IMG/VR virus record: IMGVR_UViG_3300023105_000066
Span: 1 to 41,249 of that record
Direction: 5' to 3' (one strand)
DNA: 41,249 nt
Origin: a virus
Lineage: Duplodnaviria > Caudoviricetes
The notes under the pieces were generated by a model. The model made no database searches and was not told where the DNA came from. It saw nothing but the letters and a program-made list of their open reading frames with translations. The translations under genes and the position numbers were made by a program. This document shows positions 19,423 to 30,200 of this stretch, one piece after another (the stretch's first letter is position 1; each line of letters begins with the position of its first letter).

Positions 19423-21252
19423 ATGGCAATCAACATACCATCAGAAAACATAAATGAACTTGATTTTAATGAAGTTCGTAAAAACCTTCTCACATTTGTC
19501 AAAAATAATTCAGAATTTAAAGATTATGATTTCGAGGCTTCGGGACTCAACTTTCTCGTTGACCTTCTTGCCTATAACACACAATACTCGGCTTACTATC
19601 TAAATCAAATAGCAAATGAAATGTTTTTAGATACAGCACAGAGAAGAAAGAATGCTGTATCAATTGCTAAACAGATGGGATATTTGACAAACTCAAAGAA
19701 GGCTGCGATTGCGAATATTACACTCCGAGTGACAGGTGCTACAAACTCTGGAACAATTACAATTCCAAGATACACTGTTTTTTATGGTAAGAGAATTGAT
19801 GGTGAAACATTACCATTCTTAAGTTGGAATACAGTCAATCTAAATTCAACAAATAATTTTCGGCAAGATATTGATTTACTTCAAGGTCAATTCATCAAAG
19901 AAACAATTGTTGTTGATAATCTTCTTCTTGAAAAGAAATATAAATTACAATCTCCTGACATTGATATTTCAGAATTAGATGTCTTTGTAAAAAATCATCG
20001 TTATGATAATGAAAGAGTTAAATTCCTTCGTGTTCATGATATCACATTACTCAATCGAGAATCTGAAATATACTATCTTGAACAAGATTATGATGGCAAA
20101 TATCAATTGGTTTTTGGTGATGGTATTTTAGGCAAGGCTGTCAAGAACAATCAAATCATTGAAGCTGAATATATTGTTTCATCTGGTGATGATGGAAATA
20201 ATTGTACTTCTTTTGATATTGCTGATCGTAAACTTTTATCATCCACTTATATAGTTTCAACAAATCAATTTTCTTCACAAGGTCAACCTGCTGAAGACAT
20301 TGAAACTATTCGTAATAATGCTCGTAAAATGTTTTTTAGTCAAAATCGAACAGTGACTGAAAAAGATTGTGAAATTTTAGTTCAAAAGTATTTTCCCTTT
20401 CTTGATTCAATTTCGGTTTGGGGTGGAGAAAAAAATACACCACCGATGTATGGAACAGTATATTGCTGTGCGAAACCAAAAGGCCGAAGTTTGCTCACTC
20501 AAAATGAAAAAGAATTTATTACTGAAAAACTAGAGCAATTAAATATTATTACAATTACACCAAAGATTATTGATCCTACCTATACTTATATAAAGTTAGA
20601 TATTCAAGTAGTTTATAATTCAGTTCATTTAAATATTGATAACCCAACAATCATTGATTTAGTTAAAAAAGAAACTCTCAAATACACAAAAGAGCATTTA
20701 CTAAAATTCAATCGATCTTTTCAATTGGCAAACTTAACAAATGTAATCAATGATGTAAATCCTCATTTTATGGGAACAACAGTAAAACCCTCAATCTATC
20801 AAAAAAGAAATATCCGTGTTGGTGTTGGTAGCTATTATCGAATCAATTTTAATAATAAAGTTCTAAAGGGTTCTCTGATTACAGAAAAATTTGTGTATCG
20901 TGATGCATTGAATAATCCTGTTCAAAATTGTTACATCAAAGAAAACTCTTCTTACTCTGCTCTTGATATAGTTTACACTCTGAGAGGAAAAACAGAAACT
21001 TTAAAAGCAAATATTGGAAAGATACATTATGAAAGTGGAGTCGTTGAGCTTGAAGCATTTGCTCCAGTTCAAATATTAGGAGGTTCAACAGAAATGTTTT
21101 TTGAAATGACTTCAGATGAATATCTTTTAGTTCCTACGAAAGAACAAATTTTCACTATTTCATTACAAGATATTTCAGTTACACCAAAACCATTTGTTGA
21201 CAAGTTATCAACATCATCATCTTTAGAAAAAGCAAGTTTATTTGACTCATGA
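19423..21252 (+). CDS. gp6: Baseplate wedge subunit gp6
   Basis: ELDFNEVRKNL..F....EFKDYDFEASGLNFLVDLLAYNTQY, NEMFLDTAQ.R, FGDGILGK, QNRTVT, SVWGGE...PP.YG.V, IGKI.YESG. Confidence 0.95.
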   Translation: MAINIPSENINELDFNEVRKNLLTFVKNNSEFKDYDFEASGLNFLVDLLAYNTQYSAYYLNQIANEMFLDTAQRRKNAVSIAKQMGYLTNSKKAAIANITLRVTGATNSGTITIPRYTVFYGKRIDGETLPFLSWNTVNLNSTNNFRQDIDLLQGQFIKETIVVDNLLLEKKYKLQSPDIDISELDVFVKNHRYDNERVKFLRVHDITLLNRESEIYYLEQDYDGKYQLVFGDGILGKAVKNNQIIEAEYIVSSGDDGNNCTSFDIADRKLLSSTYIVSTNQFSSQGQPAEDIETIRNNARKMFFSQNRTVTEKDCEILVQKYFPFLDSISVWGGEKNTPPMYGTVYCCAKPKGRSLLTQNEKEFITEKLEQLNIITITPKIIDPTYTYIKLDIQVVYNSVHLNIDNPTIIDLVKKETLKYTKEHLLKFNRSFQLANLTNVINDVNPHFMGTTVKPSIYQKRNIRVGVGSYYRINFNNKVLKGSLITEKFVYRDALNNPVQNCYIKENSSYSALDIVYTLRGKTETLKANIGKIHYESGVVELEAFAPVQILGGSTEMFFEMTSDEYLLVPTKEQIFTISLQDISVTPKPFVDKLSTSSSLEKASLFDS

Positions 21253-24200
21253 CAACTCCTAAAGACCTAATTGAGGGCCAACTCCCGAGTTATTTTTTAG
21301 AGCAATATCCTCAGTTTACTAAATTTGTTCAAGAATATTATAATTTTCTTGAGTCAAACGTAGTAGTTCTGCAAGATAACCTAAGTTTGGAAGCGGGTGA
21401 TATAATATACGGCTCACTATCAAAGGCAAAAGGTATTGTTAAGATTGTTACAGAGGACCGTGTCTACTTTGATTATGAAACGAAAGACAATTCATTTTAT
21501 CAAAATGAACTTCTAGTCAATGGATTTACTGGTGAAATATATTTTACTCTTAAGTTGTTTAAAAATATATTTCAATATATGTCTGACATTGAAGAGAACA
21601 ATGTCTATGAAACATCATATACTATTTTTCAAAAATATTTCAAAAGAAATATCACTCTTGACCACAGTATTTTTCGAAGATTAGATCCTAAAACTCTCAC
21701 AAAAAGAATCTTAGATTATTATAAAAACCGTGGAACAGAAAATTCATATTACTGGTTCTTCCGTATATTTTTTGATGAAAGCATTGAATTATATTATCCT
21801 AAAGTAGATATTCTTAAGCTATCTGATAGTGGATATTATCGTGAAAATTTAATTGAAATCAACTTTCAAAGTAATGCTTCTCTGTTTACCGGAACACGAA
21901 TTTACGGTAAAACATCAAAAGCCTCAGCAATTGCCCGTCAAGTAGTTTCAAAAACATATAAGGGTAAAGTACGAATCTATCTTGATTTAGTTTACATGAA
22001 TGGTAGATTTGTTGATGGTGATCAAATTACTGCGTACAATACAATTACTTCAGAACCTGTTGTAGCTGGTAGTGTCAAAGAATCAATAGTTGATTTAGAA
22101 ATCCTTGATGGAGGAATTGGTCATCAAGTGGGTGATCGTTTTTCTTTCAATGATGGTCGTGCTGAAATCACAAAAGTTAAAGAATATTCAATCACTAAAG
22201 TCAATGTAAACAATGTGGGCCTATGCTATAGTGTTGGAGATCCTGTTGTTTTTGATAATGCTTTTACAGGCGCTACCGCTTATGCGGAAGCTTATGTTGA
22301 AGAAATTGACATCAATAATACACTTACATCATATTTCAACAATCGTTTTAATATCTTAGCAAATCAAAGTGTTAGTCATTTTGCTAATGTGAATATGAAT
22401 CAGCCTCTGTTCCCAGGTGCTGGTCAAAATGCTGGTGATTCGAGTATTGAAACAATTTTACCAGCAGGAATGTTTCCTACCTATGCAGTAGGTGGTATCA
22501 AATCAATTCGTTTTGAAAAATCAGGTCTCAATTATAATTTCGCACCTCCTACAAAAGTAATCAATCAGTTACCAGAAACTCAAAGTGTAATTGTTTTTGA
22601 TGTTTATTTTAAATCAGATCCTGCTACACAAACAGAACTTGATAAACTGGATCCCGCAACCACTGTTGACATAGGTGAGGTAGTTGGTGGTATTGATGTA
22701 TATCTTGATTCTGCCTTTTATGTTGAAGATGTTACAATACAAGGAGCATCAATCACAATCGGTGGTCTCACTTTTGGAAGTGAAGATTTTGTAGCAAAAC
22801 GATTTGTAACAGGTAGGTCACAAACAGATTTAGAAAATAAACCAGCAGCATTTATGACATTTACAGATGCTGGTGGAAATACAGTTCGATTAGATGTTGA
22901 AGATACTGTAGGTATCCAACCTTTGAATAATACAGCAGAGGTTGAAAGTGTGCTGGGTGATGGTATTGCTGGATTTAAAATTCTTGAGCCAGGTCTTTCA
23001 GCAGAAGATTATCATCCAATTGTCTTCCGTGAACCAAGGCATTTGATCACTTTCAATGATCCAAAGATTCAACATGGTCTTGACGGAAGTCTTGGTTACA
23101 TTTATGATGTTCATCATAATCCATATGAAGAATATAAAAATACACAAAGTCAATTATCTTGGGATAAGTATTTCTTTGACAATTACTACTATCAGTGGTA
23201 TTCTTATGAGATTATTACAAAACTTCCCGCATCAAAAATTGAACCACTTTTATTAGATGAACTACATCCCGCAGGCTTCTTAGCATTTGTAAGAAACAAA
23301 TTTGAAGATGAACTCAAACATCGTATTCAAACTTTTGAACTTCCAGAAATTGAAATTGAATCTCAAGGATATTGTACTTCTGTCATATATCCATATATGG
23401 AGCAGGAGTGGGAAAATTTTGGTGAGTTAACAATTTCTCAAATTCTACAAAAAGAAATTGAAACTGATTTGATGCATTATGAGAAAGTTGGAGTTGAAGA
23501 AAGAGTTGAAATTGATGTTGATGGAATTGCTAACATTTACGAAGCTTTCAAATATTATATTGATGATTCAGTGATACCTCCTGACATGTCCTTGGCAAGG
23601 TCACCATGGAGATATACATCAACTGATAAACATTTTGGTTCAGCCGCAGCAAGTGATCGACGAAGAGATATAGTTCAAAGAACAATCAAAGAAGAACAAA
23701 TTCTGATCAGTGCTGTCGACAAATCATTCTTTGAATTTAATGAAATTGAACAAATTTGTAAGGTATTCAAAAGACATCATCATATTGATCCACATCTTGG
23801 TCTTGTTTATGATCCTGAATTTGCTACAGATGAAGAAATTGTAAAAGTAATGATGTATATGTATAGCAATGAATACAATACATATTTTGATCCAAAAAAA
23901 CTCTTTGTCTCTTTGTCAGCATTTGAAATCAATCAATATAAAGATTTACTTGGAGATTATTACAAAAGAATAATCTCAGCTTTAGTTGAAGTATCCCCTG
24001 GTGTTTATAATTTAGAATGTGGAGTCAACAGAGAATTTAAAGATTCACGACCAAATTATCTAGACAATATAGTTGAGCCGCATATTTCAACAAATAACAT
24101 GACTTATGATTTGTTGATGGCTGTTCAATCATTTTCAAAGTTGATCAATGTTGAGGATAAAGCAAACTGGATCGCTGAAACAATTGGCACAAGGTCTGGT

Positions 24201-27200
24201 CCGATTGATACATTTAAAGATAAGACAATTCATCAGCATCGTGTCGACTTAGCTGATATCAAAACATATGTTACAGGATCAAATCCTGGTGGTATGATTA
24301 TCGCAAGAGATCCTTTTACAGCGGTAATCTCATCAGCAAATACACTTGGCGCCACCTTTGGTAACACATCAATTCATTTCGCAAATTCATTAGGTAATTG
24401 GACACAATCTGTTTATGCGGTATCTGCTGACTTAAGTTCAATTGATATACGTTTTAACACAACAAATATAACTTACGCATATACTCAAGCAACTGCTTTC
24501 ATGCCAATTGTAACTGGTAACTCGGTTACAAAACAGGGTTCTTATCTTCCGACTGCTGAAATTTTCACAGAACGAGGATGGATGCAGTTTCAAGATTTGA
24601 GATATGGTATCAAGGTTGCTGAAGTAAGACCTGATGGTAAGGTTCGTTTTGCTGAACCTCTTGAAATTTATTCAACTCAATTTGAAGGAAATGTCTATAA
24701 GTATACAGACAATAATTTATTTTCAATTACTGTAATTTCAGAACAAGAATTAGCTCTACAAGATATAAGGAATACTTTATATAAAAAGAAAGCAAAGGAT
24801 GTTAAACTCAATCGAACTTCTGATGGTATTGCTTTAGTTGATGATTTAGCAATCGCACACGGCGCACTTCCAATTGTAGGTAGTATACCTTTAAAAGGAA
24901 ACGTTGAAGTTCATCAAAGTCGATATAGCGGACCTTTATTTTGTGTGAACTTGAATAACTATGAAGCTCATGCTAAAATGAAATTTAATGCTACTGATGT
25001 TGACATGGATGAACTTGAACTTCATTATATAATTGACAATTCATATACACTTCCTGAGATGAAGACCAATGAAAGTCGACGTATTAGTGTTTATAATGAT
25101 CCAGTAACTGTTGAGATTGACCAACAGTTTATATTACCAATTGATATTGAACCGATTGTATTTGATTATGTAAATCCAAAAGGTCTTGCTCTACATGCGA
25201 ATACCGCAAATCAAGCTAACTTCACTTTAACTTCTCGATACTTTGCTGATAAAACACGTGATTATACAATGGATCATTATCAGTGGGTTCGCAACCCTTA
25301 TCCGGAGGTGGCACGGACCGAAATTTTTTTTTTGAACGCAGACCAGAAGTACGCCACAGGGGTTCCCTACGGCCTGGTGCCATCGATAGTGGCCTTGCCC
25401 AGAACAATGTCCCCGTCACTTGAACATGTTATTCTTGCACAGCCCAAAGTTACAATAGGTTTATTACAACAAAAAGAACAATTCGTGCCATATGGTACGG
25501 AAATCTTCCATCATTCAAATTCCAATACATATTTCTCTGAATTAGGTTTTGAATCATATCAATGGTCTGAAGTTGATGTGAATGAAACCTTCAAAGGTGC
25601 TCCTACAAATGTAACTGATATACCAGAATCGCTCTTGCTCGTTGAAACATATACAGATTACTGGGAAAATCTTGAATTATTTAATGAGTTTGGTAAACCC
25701 ACACAACCAGTTGTAGTTCAAAATATTCAGTTGAATGTATCAAATACAACTGTTTCAATCAATGATACAGGTCAACTTGAATGGCAGAGAAATTACTCCG
25801 TACTTCAATTGAACCTTGAAGATACTGTAACAATTCTTGGATTTGAACAAATTGATAAAAATAAAATTTCTCAGTTATCATTTGAAACAGCAATACCTGC
25901 TCTCAAATTCGAAAACAATAAACCCGCAACATATTCAAAGGTCAACTTATATAATGTAGACCATTATGAACTACCTGAAGTGGTTGCCTTTACCGAATTA
26001 CGAAGACTCAAACAATATGATCCAGATGATTATATAGGATTTGAAGCATTTGATTCAAATGTGGCAAATGATCCAAGAAACAGATCAAGTCAGTTAATCT
26101 CAACAGGATTCGTTAACGCTTTTCAAAGAAATGGTCAGCATGGGCGATTGAATATACCGATGGGCTTTAACTCTTTGTTTGCTGGGTTTGGTGATACAGA
26201 TTCTTCTTTTGACCTGAACACTTTAGAATATCAGCCAGGTGAACTAATTGTTATACCTAAACTTGACTTTCTTAATATCACAAACATTGATACATTTAAG
26301 ATGAATCCTTTGTTTGATGAAGAAGATTTTTATGTTTTAGGTGATTTGGTAGTCGATCCAAATATTGAAATCAATACTTATTTTGCTGCTGAAATAAACG
26401 TTCAAAATGCGGATGTAATTCATAAGCGAGAGTGGAAGTGGGATTTTACATATGATTTATATTCACGGCAAGAATACATCACAGAAGGATTTAAACTTGA
26501 TGCGTCATCATCTGATGTTGTAATTGTAGATCAAGAACGTGAATTTGATATGATGATGGATGCTGGTATTTGGATGCCTGATAAATTTCTTTTAGAAAGA
26601 GAACTCATCAATCTTGAATATGGTTATGGTAATCGTAAAAGACCACCTCAAACATACGATGATTTACCATTGACTTTTGATGTGACTAAACATAAGATGG
26701 ACGTGAACTATCGCCTTCCTCATAAAGGTGAAACATTCTGGGATCGAACAAACTTTGAAATCAAAGTTGAAATACCACTATATGAAAACTGGTATCATTG
26801 GGATTATGAACTTACAGCAAATAATGTTGATATAAGAGCCACACTGATTAGTGGTGGCCAATATCCAGAATTATCTTATGAAAGAATGGTAAAAGATACT
26901 GCAAATTCTGTGTATACAGTTTTAACTCCTACCTTTGAAGTCAACATATTAGACCGCTATTTGTTCTTTGATTACGACCAGAAAATCAAAAATGACTATC
27001 GTGACTGGACTAAAAAATATTTTGAGCCTTGGTTGAGCGCAAGGTCAAAAGATTGGTTAGGTGATTTGAATTACACTGCTCAAGCATTTTCTGAGCCAAC
27101 AATTTATTTGGCGCCAATGGAAAAGAAGACGCCAATTGTTCATTATGTTGAAACTGTCAGAGAATCAAACACTGTATTCCTTGATGCGACTTCAATTGAT

Positions 27201-30200
27201 GATGAAAGAATGGATGTAATTCATGTTGACTTTCATGTTGAAGATCGAAACATATATTTTCAAACAACAGATATTATTGCTCCTTGGGTTCGCACAAGAA
27301 TTTATGATTGGTTTGATAGTAAGTTTGCTGAATACTTTGGTGATAAAATACCAACTGTCAAAGTTACAGTTGTTCCAACTATTTCAACAGATTTTACATA
27401 CTCAAATATACCAACTTATGAAACTTCGACAACGCTTTATTTCCCCAACACAACATACTTAGAGGCAACTACAACAATCACACCACCTCATTTACAATTT
27501 AAGTCAAGACAAGTGATTCGTGACCGTAATCGTTTATTTGCTAAAGATCGAATTGTAACAACTTTCTGGTTGAATGACCAAATTCGTAACGCATTTATTC
27601 CTCAAGAGATTGTCGAGTATTACAAAGATGCTTTGCCCGGTGTTCAAGCAACACCTTTCCCTGTAATTTCTTACACAATGCCAATTGCGAATACACCAAC
27701 ATATAATTATTTCAATGACGGTACTGGTTTTGAATTTGACCAGATTATCTATCATCCGAATACTGTATTTTATGATTCAACATCATCTTTACATAAAGAA
27801 GATAACATAAAAATAGACCAAGCAATTGTGAATCGTAATACCACATTTGCTTTGATGGATGTTTATCATCATCGTTGGGGTAAACGATACATCAAAGAAT
27901 TCATGAAAACTGCTATTCGTTTGAGAGATTGGGGTAAAGATACAATACCTTCAGCAACAGCAGTTCCCGAACCAAAAATTATCTATAAACCTCAATTATA
28001 TTACCATTATCCCAATCAAACAGGTCAAAGAAATGTAGATGATAGTTTTGAAGGTTCGAATTTCTCAGAAGATGTGAGTGATTATTATATTCAAGATACA
28101 GTTGTGCCATTAGGTAATACAATCTTCATTGATGCCTCGGGGTATCTCAAGGAAGATAATGAAATTGAATCTGACTTCTTTGTTCAGGATAGTTTCTCCA
28201 CATTTGGTCTGAGTGGTGTGATGGATTGGAGATGGTTCAATGTTCGTATTAAAGAATTCATGAAGAAGTTTATTATTCTAAGATATTGGGCAGAAGATAC
28301 AATTCCTTCCGTAACTGTAATACCTCAACCTGAAATTGAATATTATCCTCAAATATATTTTCATTACGGACCAAATAGTAAAGATCAATATGTGGATGAA
28401 AACTTTGAAGGATCAAATTTCTCATGGGATGTAAGTGATTATTATATTCAAGAAACAATTGTTCCGATTGGTAATACAACTTATCTTGAATTGACAAGTG
28501 AAGGTTATGGTGAAACAAAAGTCAAAGAAGATGTGAATATCAAAAATAGTTTTGATGTGTTTGCTTTGAATAAAAAGATTACACCATTCCTAAACTATTT
28601 CATTTCGGGTGGACAAAAAGTTCAAAAGATTCAAGACTGGGGTGGTGAAGCAATACCTTCCGTAGTCGCAACATCTTTTCCAAATATAAATTATAGTCCT
28701 CAGTTATACGGCCATTACGACCAAGCAATTAGTCAGTTTGTTGATGATAGTCCAGATCATAAGGCACCTCAGCATGATATTCAACATTATTATAGCATTG
28801 AAACAACATTATATAGTAATACAGCACCGTTTGCTGATGTAACGGCAACTGCTGAGTATCCAAGGCTTGCTGTTCATACAGAGAAAGATTCATTTAGCCG
28901 ACAAAAATTTCTTGCAAGAAGAGACCGTGTTTGGGGTTCTTACATGTATGATGAAATTATTGAAGATTATTTATTGACAACTTTACATGATTACAATCTT
29001 CAACATATGCCTCAGGTTCGTGCGGTCAGTATACCAAATATTATCTACAAACCTCAATTATATGGTCATTACGACCAAGCAATTAGTCAACATATCGATG
29101 ATAGTCTAGAAGGTCTAATTCCTCGGCAAAGTATTCAAAAATATTTTAGTTCAGATTTTGTTTTACCAGATACAATTGGCACCACTTTATATATGTCAGG
29201 TGATGCTCAAATTGAATTCAATCAAATTTATACAGAGAAAGATCATATCTCAGACCGTTTCATTGTAAGAGCAAATGAAGTAATTGCGAATAAATTTGAA
29301 CAGCGCATTGAAGATTATGAGAAATTTATTTTCGCAATACAGTATGGTGAAATTACAAGAACAGCAAAAACAAATACTTATGGTGAAGCAACAATTGTGA
29401 TACCAAGAGAAATCACAAATCCTGAGCATTTAGAAAAACCGTATGCTTCACCCTTTCTTGAGAAAGCAGAAACAATTCTTACAGATACACCAACAAGCAT
29501 GATTGATGCGGGTATCTATGCTGAGACAACAATCGTTGAGTATACTAAGTTTGATGACATGCGAGTTGATGAAACATTCTTAAATCTGAACAATGAAATT
29601 ACAGATGAATTCTTAGATAAACCAATTACACATCGTGAACTGATCAAACAAACAAGAGCAGATTTACTTCGAGCGCATCATACTGTCGATGCTACGCCTT
29701 ATTATACGTTCTCAATGTATAATGAGTTTGGTGAAGAAGGTCAACTAAAGGATATACTACAGACAAAACTCAAAGAAGTCACAACAACTTTATATAATGA
29801 AGCAGAATTTGTTGATGGAACTTTACATATTGACCGAGACTTTACTTTTGAATTTGAATATACTATTGATGTAAAAACTTCAGAGCAGGTTGTCGGTCTT
29901 GACCAACCAATCACTGAGCGAGGTTTAGGTAGATTGATCAATGACCGTTCTTGGAATTGGGACATAGTTGGTAAACTTTCTGAAAGCTTACATTCACCTG
30001 ACCTTGAAACAATGGTCAATCAAGTCTTTGAGATGAAAGAAATTCGTTTCGATCTCGATTCAAACACTTCAATATCAACAACATATAATCTTGAAAATAA
30101 TATTGAAACACCGTTCAATGTGTTCAGTGAACCATTAATAAATAACATAAATAGTAAGATGCTCAAAGGCGATGACATGTTGATTTCAAATTATTTTGAT

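Noticed and set aside
24540-24971. Canonical self-splicing intein in gp7
   Set aside because: No block B His and no (H/G)N-C/S/T after the downstream block F; kept only as an atypical Hint region.
25222-25419. 65-aa antisense ORF over the GC island
   Set aside because: Non-ATG start and no recognisable motif; high GC alone lowers stop frequency. Not called as a gene.
28041-29089. Near-identical DNA repeat pairs as a diversity-generating retroelement TR/VR or a CRISPR array
   Set aside because: Copies are in-frame protein repeats 354-357 nt apart, differences are not adenine-specific, and no reverse transcriptase or cas gene is in the window.
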